A DNA stretch of 64,000 nt from Gemmatimonadales bacterium (GCA_038316775.1 JBBQAV010000005.1:598-64597); one strand, 5' to 3'. Numbered from the stretch's first letter, positions 10,140-19,727 are shown. A program made the numbers and translations. Notes: generated from the sequence alone by a model not told the origin.

Positions 10140-10583
10140 TTGATGATGAATCGCTCGAAGGGTTACGCCATGATGTTTCTCCTGGGTGCCTTCCTCGCTG
10201 GCGGCGCGCTGGGGTTCAGTGCGTCCCGTGTGATTGGCGGTGACCACGACCGCGAAGGACGCGGGTCGCGGGGGTATCGTCAGAGGATGGCGGAGCAGCT
10301 CAAGCTCACGCCTGCTCAGCAGGCGTCGGTCGATTCGCTGATCGAACAGAAGCACAGGCAGATCATGGCGCTGTACAAGCCGGTGAAGCCGCAGCTTGAC
10401 TCGATCGCGGTGCAGGCGCGGGTCGTAAGCGACAGTACGCACGCCCAGATCAAGCGGCTTCTGAACGCCGAGCAGCAGGTCAAGCTCGACAGGATGCGCG
10501 CGGCTGCACGTCGGGATCTGGCGGCCCGTCGGGGTGGGGATTCAACGGGACGGCCTCAGGGTCCTCCCGAAGGCCGGTACTAG
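10140..10583 (+). CDS. exported helical protein (Spy/CpxP-like), third gene of ECF cluster
   Basis: N-terminal TM; LKLTPAQQ and LLNAEQQ (LTxxQ-like) motifs. Confidence 0.6.
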   Translation: MMMNRSKGYAMMFLLGAFLAGGALGFSASRVIGGDHDREGRGSRGYRQRMAEQLKLTPAQQASVDSLIEQKHRQIMALYKPVKPQLDSIAVQARVVSDSTHAQIKRLLNAEQQVKLDRMRAAARRDLAARRGGDSTGRPQGPPEGRY

Positions 10584-10596
10584 GAAGCCCAAAGGT

Positions 10597-10633
10597 AAAA
10601 GCGCCGGTGCAGAAGCTCTGCACCGGCGCTTTT
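10597..10633. terminator. bidirectional intrinsic terminator
   Basis: perfect inverted repeat AAAAGCGCCGGTGCAGA-agc-TCTGCACCGGCGCTTTT between convergent genes. Confidence 0.85.
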
Positions 10634-10647
10634 ATTCCTTCAGAGGG

Positions 10648-10848
10648 TCACATGTTATCGGGATCGGCCTTTTTCTCGCCTTTTCCGAAGTTCTTCTGGA
10701 TCTTGCCCTTGAGCTCTTCAGCACGCCCCTTGATATGCTCGCTGGTATTGTCGGTGGCATCACCAAGATCTCCGCGGACCTTCCCCTTGAACTCCTTTGC
10801 GGTCCCTTTGACTTGGTTCTCGATACCCCTTTCGTTTAGATCTTTCAT
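10648..10848 (-). CDS. CsbD family stress protein
   Basis: 66 aa, KGTAKEFKGKVR..GDATDN...KGRAEELKGKIQ; AGGAGG RBS. Confidence 0.85.
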   Translation of the reverse strand: MKDLNERGIENQVKGTAKEFKGKVRGDLGDATDNTSEHIKGRAEELKGKIQKNFGKGEKKADPDNM

Positions 10849-10896
10849 TAGCCCCTCCTGGGTTTAGTCAGGTTCTTTCACTTGCAGGTTTATAAC

Positions 10897-10910
10897 GCAA
10901 GCGATGTGCC
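10897..10910 (-). promoter_or_regulatory. sigma54-type -24/-12 promoter of csbD-like gene
   Basis: minus strand GGCAC-ATCGC-TTGC, GG-N10-GC spacing. Confidence 0.6.
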
Positions 10911-11074
10911 TCGGTTACGTCTGTTTTTTTGTACCAGCCGGGACAGATATCGCCCTTTTTTTTGCATCCGACTGGTCAGGTATCGGCCTTGCAAAGCGTT
11001 GCGGGCTTGCGGAAATTCCGAGGTCAAAGCCGCCAGGGTCCGGTAGGCCTGTACAACCTCTTTAGGTCGCGCAA

Positions 11075-12985
11075 ATCAGTACTCAAGTCGAAGCTCGTCA
11101 CCTCCAAGCTCGTCCGAGCGGCCTCCGTCTCGCAAAACTCACACTTCTCGCGCTCGGTGTCGTCTATGGCGACATCGGGACCAGCCCGTTGTACGCCCTG
11201 CGGGAATGCTTCAAGCCCGAATACGGACTCGCGGCAACGGAGCTCAATGTCTACGGTGTGCTGTCGCTGATCCTGTGGTCGCTGATCAGCATCGTGAGCA
11301 TCAAATACATCGTGTTCGTCATGCGGGCCGACAACCGGGGCGAGGGGGGAATTCTCGCGCTGGTCGCGCTCATGCTTCAGCGTTTGCACCGCGACGCCGA
11401 TCGCAATGTGAAGGCCGCGATCACCGCCATCGGGCTCATCGGAGCCGCCTTGCTGTACGGCGATGGAGTAATCACTCCGGCGATCTCGGTACTGAGCGCC
11501 ACCGAAGGCCTTGCCGTCGTCGAGCCCGTGCTCAGCAAATTCGCGATCCCGCTCACAGTGCTGATCATCTTTCTTCTCTTCTTTTTCCAGAAGAAGGGGA
11601 CGGCCAAAGTCGGGCGAATTTTTGGCCCGATAACATTGGTCTGGTTCATAACCATCGCCGCACTCGGCGCCGTTGAGATCGTACGGGAGCCGCGAGTTCT
11701 GCGCGCCGCCAATCCATGGTACGCCCTGAGCTTCTTCGGACTTCACGGCGGTCATTCGTTCGTCGTTCTTGGTGCCGTCGTGCTGGCTGTCACCGGAGCG
11801 GAAGCCTTGTACGCGGACATGGGACATTTCGGAAAACGCGCGATCCGGCTCGCCTGGTTCGGCCTGGTCCTCCCAAGTCTCGTACTCAATTACTTCGGGC
11901 AGGGCGGAATGATCCTGTACAATCCTGAGGCCGCGGCCAATCCATTTTTTCTTCTGGCGCCGCGGGCTCTTCTCGTTCCGCTCATCGTCCTGGCCACCAT
12001 GGCGGCGATCATCGCATCGCAGGCGATGATCTCGGGAGCCTTCTCGCTCACACAGCAGTGCGTCCAACTCGGCTACAGTCCGCGCGTCACCATCATCCAT
12101 ACGTCGAAGCAGGAACACGGACAGATCTACATTCCGGAAGTAAACAATGCCCTGATGATCGGGTGCCTGCTCGTCGTCCTCGGCTTCAGGTCGTCAACGG
12201 CGCTCGGCGCCGCTTACGGAATTGCAGTGACCGGAACTTTCCTCATGACCACGGCGCTGCTGTTTACCGTCGCGCGGACGTGGTGGGGATGGAGCAAGCT
12301 TCACGCGCTATCGCTCGTGCTCCCGTTTGTGATCATCGATGGAGCGTTCTTCGGGGCAAATCTCCTGAAGATTCGGCAAGGAGGGTGGGTGCCGCTCACG
12401 ATTGCGTTCTTCCTCTTCATTCTGATGACGACGTGGAATCGAGGCCGGGAGATAGTTCAGGACCTGTTGCGGCGGGGAATGCTGCCGATCGACCTGTTGC
12501 TCGCCGATATCGAAAACAGAAAGACCGTGCGCGTTCCCGGGCTGGCCGTGTTCATGACCCGCGAGCCGGAAGGTGCGCCGGTGGTGCTGCTGCACCATCT
12601 CAAGCACAACAAGGTCCTGCACGAACAGGTGGTCCTGCTGTCGATTCTCTCAGAGGAAGTGCCCGAGATTCCCAACGCCGAGCGAATCAAGATCGAAAAG
12701 CTCTCGCAGGGCTTCTATCGGATCACCGCCCGTTATGGCTTCATGGAGAGCACAGACGTGCCTGGAATTCTGGCGCGGGCCCGTGAAGCCGGTCTCGATT
12801 CCAAGCCGCTCGATACGACTTACTATCTCGGGCGCGAACAGCTGATTCCCACCGGCACCACTCCGCTCTGGAAATGGCGCAAAAAGCTATTCGTCTTCAT
12901 GTCCCGAAATTCGCGGTCGGCGACAGCGTTCTATGGAATCCCGCCGAACCGCGTCGTCGAACTGGGCGCGCAGATCGAGTTCTGA
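11075..12985 (+). CDS. kup: Kup (KUP/HAK/KT) potassium transporter; start probably the non-canonical ATC at 11075
   Basis: LALGVVYGDIGTSPLYA motif lies upstream of the ORF-track TTG (11189); ADNRGEGG, GAEALYADMGHFG, YIPEVN, VVELGAQIEF. Confidence 0.92.
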   Translation: MSTQVEARHLQARPSGLRLAKLTLLALGVVYGDIGTSPLYALRECFKPEYGLAATELNVYGVLSLILWSLISIVSIKYIVFVMRADNRGEGGILALVALMLQRLHRDADRNVKAAITAIGLIGAALLYGDGVITPAISVLSATEGLAVVEPVLSKFAIPLTVLIIFLLFFFQKKGTAKVGRIFGPITLVWFITIAALGAVEIVREPRVLRAANPWYALSFFGLHGGHSFVVLGAVVLAVTGAEALYADMGHFGKRAIRLAWFGLVLPSLVLNYFGQGGMILYNPEAAANPFFLLAPRALLVPLIVLATMAAIIASQAMISGAFSLTQQCVQLGYSPRVTIIHTSKQEHGQIYIPEVNNALMIGCLLVVLGFRSSTALGAAYGIAVTGTFLMTTALLFTVARTWWGWSKLHALSLVLPFVIIDGAFFGANLLKIRQGGWVPLTIAFFLFILMTTWNRGREIVQDLLRRGMLPIDLLLADIENRKTVRVPGLAVFMTREPEGAPVVLLHHLKHNKVLHEQVVLLSILSEEVPEIPNAERIKIEKLSQGFYRITARYGFMESTDVPGILARAREAGLDSKPLDTTYYLGREQLIPTGTTPLWKWRKKLFVFMSRNSRSATAFYGIPPNRVVELGAQIEF

Positions 12986-13083
12986 AGTCGGGCACGCACG
13001 CGAAGCACATCGCCGGGTAAAACAAACGACAACAGAACACGTCGTGAGAGGACCGAGGTTCGCTCAGCTCAGAGCTGAGGTGA

Positions 13084-13485
13084 TCAACCCATGCCTTTTC
13101 TCCTGAGCTTCTCCAGCTCGCGCCGGTCTTTCTTGGTCGGCCTTCCGCGATCGTAGTCGCCGACGGACTGCGCTGCCTTCACCTGAACCTGCATCGCTTC
13201 GCGCGTCTTTCGACCTTCCTCGGTTTCCTGATACAGGGTCGCCGCAACCGGCGCGGGGCCGCGAACCTCCGACAGCGCGCGTACGACCACGATGTGGTGG
13301 TAGGGGCCGAGGCGGATGCGAAGCGAGTCGCCGATCTGGAGCTGCTTGGCGCGTTTTGCGCGCTCACCATTGACTTCAACTTTGCCGGATTCGACCGCAG
13401 TGGCGGCGAGAGCGCGCGTCTTGAAAAAACGCGCCGCCCACAGCCACTTATCGAGCCTGACCCTCGTATTGTCTTCTGGAGCCAT
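13084..13485 (-). CDS. hslR: ribosome-associated heat shock protein Hsp15 (S4 domain)
   Basis: RLDKWLWAARFFKTR, RGPAPVAATLYQET, GRPTKKDRR. Confidence 0.9.
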   Translation of the reverse strand: MAPEDNTRVRLDKWLWAARFFKTRALAATAVESGKVEVNGERAKRAKQLQIGDSLRIRLGPYHHIVVVRALSEVRGPAPVAATLYQETEEGRKTREAMQVQVKAAQSVGDYDRGRPTKKDRRELEKLRRKGMG

Positions 13486-13555
13486 TCGTTTCGTTGCCTT
13501 GATGAGGCTTCGCCGTCAGAGAAGATAAGGGACCGCTACCCAGCACGGAGCACAC

Positions 13556-14179
13556 GTGGCTCAGGACGACTGGTCAGTCCAAATGAAAAAGATCGAGCGG
13601 GAGTTCGAAGGACTCCCGCCCGAGCCTTCGCCTGCCTACAAGAAATTGCTGAGCGAGGAGGAGCGGCGCGCCCAGGAGCGTGCCGAGCGGCGCGCGGCGA
13701 TCATCGGATCCTCGGCGCGACTGGTCCTCGTCTTCGCGCTCGGCGTGGCACTGGCAATCTGGCCATACGAGCGCGCGTGCGGATCGGGGCTGGCTGGATA
13801 TCTGGGTGTAGAAGCCGTCATCGTGGTCGGCGGAGTATGGGTAGCTTTCACGACCTGGCGCGCGCGCCTCGCAAGAATGCACATCCTGTCACTGCTGATA
13901 GTGCTGACGGGGCTGGTCCTGATCGCGATCGAAGTGCTTCCGCGAATCGGATACGCGAGCGTCGACCCGAAAAATCCTACCCACTTCTCCTGTCCTGATA
14001 CGCAAAACGCGTTGCCCCCGGTAACTGCCGCCACGGAGCAACGCGTCGAATCTGCAACCCACCTGTTCGAGGAGCGCTGGAAATCGCGCACCGAGGAGCT
14101 AGCTAGGCAATTCCGTCCGCGGCGAGCTGCTTTAGCGCGGCTCGAGCGTCCTGAATTGTTACAACCGCTCGCGAAGTAG
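13556..14179 (+). CDS. hypothetical membrane protein (3 TM)
   Basis: GGAG RBS + GTG; three hydrophobic segments; C-terminal extension uncertain. Confidence 0.55.
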   Translation: MAQDDWSVQMKKIEREFEGLPPEPSPAYKKLLSEEERRAQERAERRAAIIGSSARLVLVFALGVALAIWPYERACGSGLAGYLGVEAVIVVGGVWVAFTTWRARLARMHILSLLIVLTGLVLIAIEVLPRIGYASVDPKNPTHFSCPDTQNALPPVTAATEQRVESATHLFEERWKSRTEELARQFRPRRAALARLERPELLQPLAK

Positions 14180-14851
14180 TGGCTCCATCCGCTCTTTCAT
14201 CAGCGGGTCCATTTGCTCCCGCATCCTGAGCATCTCGGGGGCAAACCTCATTGCGCCGGGTCCGTCAAATTCCATCATTCCACCCGGTCCCGGCACCCTG
14301 AAATTGAAGCGGTTACCGAGACGCATTACTTCGCTTGCTTTCCCGGCAGTCACCTGGACATCCCGGGACCGTCCACCGGAATAAACGCGAAGTGTAACGC
14401 GACTACCGGGGGTGAGCTTCTGCACCTCGCGGCTCAGGCGGTGTGAACCGAGTCCGTCGGTGTAGGAGTCCTCCGTGTCGGCGGCCGTCGTTCGCACGTC
14501 GACGCCATTGATCGCGGCGATTCTGTCGCCTTCAACGATTCCAGCGGTCTCGGCGGGCCCTTTCGGCGTCACCGCTTCCACGAAAACGCCAAGTGTGTCG
14601 CGTTTCGTTCCGGTAGCACGAAGCTCAAGGCCCAGAGCCGCGCGTTTCTCCATAGCCGAATCCATCCTGTACAACATTCTGTTGCGGAGCGCGGAATCAC
14701 CGCGCGCCCCGCCGCGATAGACGCGGCATTCGACTCGTCCATCCGGATAGTTGGTGCAGGTCGAATCCGGCTTGGCCGGTGTCACCTGCGCGTTCAGTGC
14801 AGCGGCAACCGACGTGGAAGCTACAGCCGAAAGAAGCAGTAGTGCCTTCAT
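14159..14851 (-). CDS. secreted PDZ-domain protein
   Basis: GGAG RBS, signal peptide MKALLLLSAVAS, ALGLEL...GVFVEAVTPKGPAETAGIVEGDRIAAING. Confidence 0.8.
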   Translation of the reverse strand: MKALLLLSAVASTSVAAALNAQVTPAKPDSTCTNYPDGRVECRVYRGGARGDSALRNRMLYRMDSAMEKRAALGLELRATGTKRDTLGVFVEAVTPKGPAETAGIVEGDRIAAINGVDVRTTAADTEDSYTDGLGSHRLSREVQKLTPGSRVTLRVYSGGRSRDVQVTAGKASEVMRLGNRFNFRVPGPGGMMEFDGPGAMRFAPEMLRMREQMDPLMKERMEPLLRERL

Positions 14852-14954
14852 CTTGTCTCCCTTGATGGTTCTATGACATAGGACATCGACGCGCATCCAA
14901 GGGTTGCTGCTGGGTTCCGGGTGCAAAAGCGGCGCGGCCCGGTGATATTGAAGA

Positions 14955-16109
14955 ATGTCTACGACTCTTGAACCCCGGCCAGCCCCGCCAAAGAGTCCCG
15001 AGATCGACGTTCACGCGTTCGAGCATCATTGGCAGGATGAGGCGGATGCCGCCTACCTGTACCGCATTCTCGCGGCGGCCGAGCCCGACCCGAAAAAGAA
15101 AGACATCTATTCGAGATTGGCTGATGTCGAAGATCGCCACGTCGTAGTATGGAGAGATCTGCTCACGAAGCACGGACATCCGCCGGCGGAATTCCGTCCA
15201 AGCGGACGCGCGCGGCTCCTGGCGAAATTTGGAAGCTGGTTCGGCCCGGGCTTCCTTCTCCCAATGCTGCTGGAAGAAGAGGGGCGCGAAGTAAAAGCGT
15301 ACCTCGACATGCATCGCGAGACACCGCGCGGAGCTCCGGGCGGTGCTGAGGCGTTGGTTCTCGCCCGCGAATCGGCGGATCATGCGACTACGCTCGGCGA
15401 GATGGCCGGCAAGGGCGCGGAGCCGTGGCACAAGACGGCTTCGGGGGGATTTCTCCGGAACGTCGTGTACGGGTTCAACGATGGGCTCACGGCGAACTTC
15501 GGCCTGGTAGCGGGCGTGATTGGAGCCGCTACGATCAACCAGCACGAGGCGGTCGTGGTCGCGGGTCTCGCCGGTCTGATTGCCGACGCGCTCTCGATGG
15601 GTTCGAGCGGTTATCTCGCGAGCACGAGCGAGCGCGAGGTTTATGAGTACGAGATCTCGATGGAGAAGACGGAAGTCGAGCTCATGCCGGAAGTCGAGCG
15701 GGACGAGCTGGCATTGATCTATGAAGCGAAGGGGATGGACCGCGACTCGGCACACACGCTTGCGACGCAGATAATGGCGGACCCTCAGCGCATGCTGAAG
15801 GAGCAGGTGCAGGAGGAGCTCAAGATTGGCGAGTTCGCGATGTCGCCTTTGCGTGAAGGATGGATCACCGGTCTCGCGACCGCATTTGGCGCGGCGATTC
15901 CCGTTTTTCCATTCCTCGTCTGGCACGGCACCACGGCAATCGTGATCTCGTTTGCGGTGTCGATGCTCTCCCACTTCCTGGTCGGCGCGGCGCGGTCGGT
16001 GTTCACGGGCCGCAGCGTGTTCCGCTCGGGCTTCGATATGTTCGTCGTCGGAGTCGGGGTCGCGGTCGTTGGGTACTATGTCGGGGGGTGGGTCGGGAGA
16101 ATGCTCTAG
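14955..16109 (+). CDS. VIT1/CCC1 family iron transporter with N-terminal ferritin/rubrerythrin-like domain
   Basis: DEADAAYLY..LA, EDRH di-iron-like motifs; LRNVVYGFNDGLTANFGLVAGV, ALSMGSSGYLA. Confidence 0.88.
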   Translation: MSTTLEPRPAPPKSPEIDVHAFEHHWQDEADAAYLYRILAAAEPDPKKKDIYSRLADVEDRHVVVWRDLLTKHGHPPAEFRPSGRARLLAKFGSWFGPGFLLPMLLEEEGREVKAYLDMHRETPRGAPGGAEALVLARESADHATTLGEMAGKGAEPWHKTASGGFLRNVVYGFNDGLTANFGLVAGVIGAATINQHEAVVVAGLAGLIADALSMGSSGYLASTSEREVYEYEISMEKTEVELMPEVERDELALIYEAKGMDRDSAHTLATQIMADPQRMLKEQVQEELKIGEFAMSPLREGWITGLATAFGAAIPVFPFLVWHGTTAIVISFAVSMLSHFLVGAARSVFTGRSVFRSGFDMFVVGVGVAVVGYYVGGWVGRML

Positions 16110-17236
16110 ACTGAAAGCTGCCCGGTACCCGCTACCCGCTCCTCGCGCAGACTCATCGCTCTCAGAATGATCGTGCCGAGCCCGAACACCGTGACGACAA
16201 TCAACACCCACGAGCCGATCACGGGTATGATTCCCAGGATCAGCAGAATCAACCCGCCAACGAGAAAATTCATCAGCACTCCCTCGCGCCCTTCGCGTGC
16301 GCGCGCACCAAGCACGCGCCGGCCCAGCCAGACCGCGACCGTGGCTCGGGCCAGGTAGAGCAGAACCACGTAAAGCGCACATATCACGAATGCGAGCGGG
16401 ATGCCGATTACCGTGACTGCCGCGACGACGATGGCAACCGGGACGAAGAAAATCCATCCCAGACCGACTAGCGCGGACTTGCCGGGACTTGCGGTCATTA
16501 TCTCCGCCGCTTCGCTCGTGAAGCGTGGGAGAAGTGCGACTACCACGGCCCCAGCAGCGAGGAACCCAAGCAACCAGAGCACCCTGAAGAGTCCCCACCC
16601 TTTCTTGTGGGTTGGGAGCGCCGTAACGGTTCCCGAGACGTGCGCAGCAGGGTCCATGCGAAATTTCCCAGCCGGCACCCGATAGCGCAGATTCCCCGCG
16701 ATTTGAGCCTGCGGCCCGATGCGAAGCTCTCCGGCGGCGACCTCGACATCACGGCCGACCACACCGTTTATGGTGACGGTCCCGCCCGACGCGAGAATGC
16801 CCTCGCGAACCGTCCCGTTGACCTGAACGGTCCCGCCGAAAATGTAGGCGTTGCGCGCAATGACTGCCGCCGAATCCAGTACGACGCTCCCGCCAGCGAG
16901 AGTCGTATTCCGATCCACAGTAGCAGCGACGTGAACATTCCCGCCCGCGGCGCGAAGCGAACCGTGAATCCGTCCGCCTATGGCTTGGTTTCCGCCGGCG
17001 CCCAGATAGTCTCCCCCGACCGCCCCGGAAAACCCCACGTTGCCGCCGGCGAGGATCGCATCGCCGGGCACGCTGTCCCTCACCGTCGGTTCCGAGCCAG
17101 AGGCAAGCACATCCTCACCCTGCCGCCTGACCTGATTCTCAGGCCTGTCGCCGCCGCCGCCGCACGCGAGAGCAGCAGCCAGAAGGACAAAACCCAGCGG
17201 CGCGAGCTTGTGAGTGGGTTGGATCTGGACAGTCAT
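16106..17236 (-). CDS. membrane protein with bactofilin-like beta-helix repeats
   Basis: repeated AGG.V...G.V..D units followed by several TM helices. Confidence 0.7.
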   Translation of the reverse strand: MTVQIQPTHKLAPLGFVLLAAALACGGGGDRPENQVRRQGEDVLASGSEPTVRDSVPGDAILAGGNVGFSGAVGGDYLGAGGNQAIGGRIHGSLRAAGGNVHVAATVDRNTTLAGGSVVLDSAAVIARNAYIFGGTVQVNGTVREGILASGGTVTINGVVGRDVEVAAGELRIGPQAQIAGNLRYRVPAGKFRMDPAAHVSGTVTALPTHKKGWGLFRVLWLLGFLAAGAVVVALLPRFTSEAAEIMTASPGKSALVGLGWIFFVPVAIVVAAVTVIGIPLAFVICALYVVLLYLARATVAVWLGRRVLGARAREGREGVLMNFLVGGLILLILGIIPVIGSWVLIVVTVFGLGTIILRAMSLREERVAGTGQLSV

Positions 17237-17390
17237 GAGCGTCCTCCGGCAGGCGGATGGGTGCGGCAATGCGTGAATGTTCGTTGCGCCAGGTGATCTC
17301 GCAAGCGGAGATTATCTGCCGACCCCATACCTTTTGTTGTGCCCGCGAGTCCAAGCGCGATTGCCCGACCACTCTTGCCAGCCCGATTGA

Positions 17391-18155
17391 ATGCCACCAC
17401 GCCCTTACGTTCTAGCTGAAACGAATTGGAAGTCCGTCAAGGACACCGCGTACGAAGTCGCGATTCTCCCGTGGGGAGCGACCGAGCCCCACAACTACCA
17501 TCTCCCGTACGCAACCGACAACTACGAAACGGGAACGATCGCTGAGCGTGCGGCCGAGTTCGCGTGGAATAAGGGCGCGAAGGTCGTCGTGCTGCCGACG
17601 GTTCCGTTCGGCGTCAACACCGGTCAGCTCGATCTACGGCTGGCGATCAACATGAACCCGAGCACGCAGCTCGCCGTGCTCACCGACATCGCTTCGGCGA
17701 TCTCGGGTCAGGGCGTGAAGAAGCTATTGATTCTTAATGGCCACGGCGGCAACGATTTCAAGCAGATGATCCGCGAGCTGCAGCCGAAGGCCGATCTCTT
17801 CATCTGCACGATCAACTGGTGGACGTGCATTAAGGGCGCCGACTACTTCGACGAGCCTGGCGACCACGCCGGCGAGATGGAGACGAGCATCATGATGGCG
17901 CTCGAGTCGGACCTCCTGCGTCCACTGTCGGAAGCAGGGTCTGGGAAGGCGAGAAAATTTCGTGTCGCCGGTTTGCGCGATGGGTGGGCATGGGCACCGC
18001 GCCAATGGACCAAGGTCACCGACGACACCGGAACGGGTAGTCCCAAAGCGTCATCGGCGGACAAGGGAGAGAAATTCCTGCGGGCTGTCACCGAGAGAAT
18101 CGGCGGTTTTCTGGTCGATCTCGCGAAAGCCGACCCGAACAACATGTACGAGTAA
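17391..18155 (+). CDS. creatininase / creatinine amidohydrolase family protein
   Basis: LPWGATEPHNYHLPYATD, NGHGGN, DHAGEMETS. Confidence 0.9.
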   Translation: MPPRPYVLAETNWKSVKDTAYEVAILPWGATEPHNYHLPYATDNYETGTIAERAAEFAWNKGAKVVVLPTVPFGVNTGQLDLRLAINMNPSTQLAVLTDIASAISGQGVKKLLILNGHGGNDFKQMIRELQPKADLFICTINWWTCIKGADYFDEPGDHAGEMETSIMMALESDLLRPLSEAGSGKARKFRVAGLRDGWAWAPRQWTKVTDDTGTGSPKASSADKGEKFLRAVTERIGGFLVDLAKADPNNMYE

Positions 18156-18317
18156 GTATCCCGTTGAGTGATTCGCAAAGCATTATCTCGCCGGCCGACA
18201 TTCACTGAGGCATTTACCTCGCATGCGCTTTGCGGGTTTATGTTTTCTCCGCAGTGTAAACACGCAGTACAATTACTAGTCAGGTAGCAATCAGGCCGAC
18301 TCGTTTTCTCGGAGCGA

Positions 18318-19112
18318 ATGCATCTCGCGTATTTTGACGAATCGGGAGACGATGGCTTTCCGAAGTACTCTTCCCCGCTATTCGCCCTATCCTGCTGTTA
18401 TCTACACTACCTCAATTGGAAGCCAACCTTCGAGGCTCTTCTCGAATTTAGGCGGTCGTTAAAGGCGGATTTCGGGTTCCCGGTAAAGGTGGAGTTCCAC
18501 ACTCGCGACTTTCTCCTTAACAAGAATCCGTATCGTAATCTCGGATTCCCTGACACGACCCGCGTTGAAATCGTCTCCAGATTTTGCCAGCTTGTCGGTG
18601 CGCTGGATCTGAAGATTGTGAACACTGTCATCGTAAAGCCGCGGATAACCAGTTCGAGCTATGACGTGCTCGACTGGGCGTTGACCATGGCGATTCAACG
18701 GGTCGAAAACGACCTGGATCCAGTTCGAAATCCGAGCAGCAGATTCTTGATGATCACCGATGACGGGAGAGTCGGTAAGATGCGTTCGACGGCTCGCCGA
18801 ATGCAGCGGATGAATTTCATCCCGTCGAAGTTCGGTCCGGGTAAGTATCGGCGGGAAATCGCCACTTTAATCGAAGACCCGCTGCCAAAGAATTCGCGCG
18901 ACTCTTACTTCATCCAGGTATGCGATTTGACAGGCTTTATCGTGTACTTGTACTGCCTCACAACGACTGGGACTGGCACCTTCACCAAGCGTCTGTTGGC
19001 TGTCGTGAGTCCTGCCCAAGTAGCGGCATGGATGGAAGAGCTCAAGCCGAGGCTCAACCTGCTAGCGAGTAGTGCGAGCCCGTACGGAATCGTCATCCAT
19101 CCAAACAAATAA
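18318..19112 (+). CDS. DUF3800 domain protein (RNase H-like acidic motifs)
   Basis: N-terminal YFDESG, EFH, MITDDG, C-terminal SYFIQVCD, typical of DUF3800. Confidence 0.85.
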   Translation: MHLAYFDESGDDGFPKYSSPLFALSCCYLHYLNWKPTFEALLEFRRSLKADFGFPVKVEFHTRDFLLNKNPYRNLGFPDTTRVEIVSRFCQLVGALDLKIVNTVIVKPRITSSSYDVLDWALTMAIQRVENDLDPVRNPSSRFLMITDDGRVGKMRSTARRMQRMNFIPSKFGPGKYRREIATLIEDPLPKNSRDSYFIQVCDLTGFIVYLYCLTTTGTGTFTKRLLAVVSPAQVAAWMEELKPRLNLLASSASPYGIVIHPNK

Positions 19113-19185
19113 AAAAGGCGGCCTCGCGGGCCGCCTTAGTGGAGCCACCACCTACGGCGCATTCGCGCTTTCAGTGGTTCGCTCT
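19111..19185 (-). ncRNA. putative DUF3800-associated structured small RNA, convergent with the DUF3800 gene
   Basis: minus-strand nested stems GAGC/GCUC, ACCAC/GUGGU, GCGC-GAAU-GCGC, then terminator AAGGCGGCC/GGCCGCCUU + U-run; own -35/-10 upstream. Confidence 0.65.
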
Positions 19186-19186
19186 A

Positions 19187-19214
19187 AAGTTACGTAAGAA
19201 TTAGTAACTTTCAA
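19187..19214 (-). promoter_or_regulatory. sigma70-like promoter for the small RNA
   Basis: minus strand TTGAAA-16 nt-TAACTT in an AT-rich tract with no ORF downstream. Confidence 0.55.
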
Positions 19215-19468
19215 TAGAAAACTAGAGCGATCTAGTACCCGAAGAGCTACCTGACAAACGTTGCAGCGGATTTGCGTTCGCTAACTCGAACGCTCTTACT
19301 TGACTCGCCCGCAACTGAACTTGGCATTAGGTAGCAGCCGAGCGAGCCGGTATGCCTGCGATCGTCTGCGGCATCGTCTCCAAAATCCGCTCGTTTGTCG
19401 TCATGCTTCGGGCGATTTTCGGGCACGCTGCTTGCGACTCTTCGTTTCGGACATATAAGGAGGTTCAC

Positions 19469-19708
19469 ATGTCAGAACAGACTGGCAAGAAAGCCGCGTC
19501 CAATGCATCGAAGACGATGCGGGATAAGTCCACGGGAGGCGATTCAAAGAGTGGCGCTGGGAGTGCCTTGTCTCAGACCGGCGCTCCGGGAAAAGAGACG
19601 TCGGGAAAGGCCGCTAGCAGCGCATCCGACGTACTTCGCGACGGCCGCACGAACAGTTCATCTAAGTCAGCGTCCGGGAGCGCGCTGACCCAGAAAAAGA
19701 CGAAGTAG
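19469..19708 (+). CDS. small Ser/Gly/Lys-rich protein with a duplicated A(S)S.AS..(L/M)RD...KS..GSAL(S/T)Q unit (79 aa)
   Basis: TAAGGAGGT RBS before ATG 19469; internal two-fold repeat. Confidence 0.8.
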   Translation: MSEQTGKKAASNASKTMRDKSTGGDSKSGAGSALSQTGAPGKETSGKAASSASDVLRDGRTNSSSKSASGSALTQKKTK

Positions 19709-19727
19709 AAAACATCCGTGAGTGTGC

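Noticed and set aside
11010-11062. Possible ion- or c-di-AMP-sensing riboswitch in the kup leader
   Set aside because: No consensus I can match with confidence by eye; needs an Rfam cmscan
14000-14179. Possible premature stop in the PDZ gene and 21-nt convergent overlap with 13556-14179
   Set aside because: Further in-frame stops follow shortly and no homolog comparison is available; cannot be distinguished from a normal short overlap
18174-18234. Inverted repeat CGCAAAGC...GCTTTGCG upstream of DUF3800
   Set aside because: Only an 8-bp stem with a long loop; may be chance or a creatininase 3' structure
19140-19185. Hammerhead ribozyme or tRNA interpretation of the small RNA (CUGAAAG..GAA; GGCUCCA end)
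   Set aside because: Core is CUGAAAG rather than CUGANGA, with no correctly placed GAAA; no D or T arms and no GTTC motif for a tRNA
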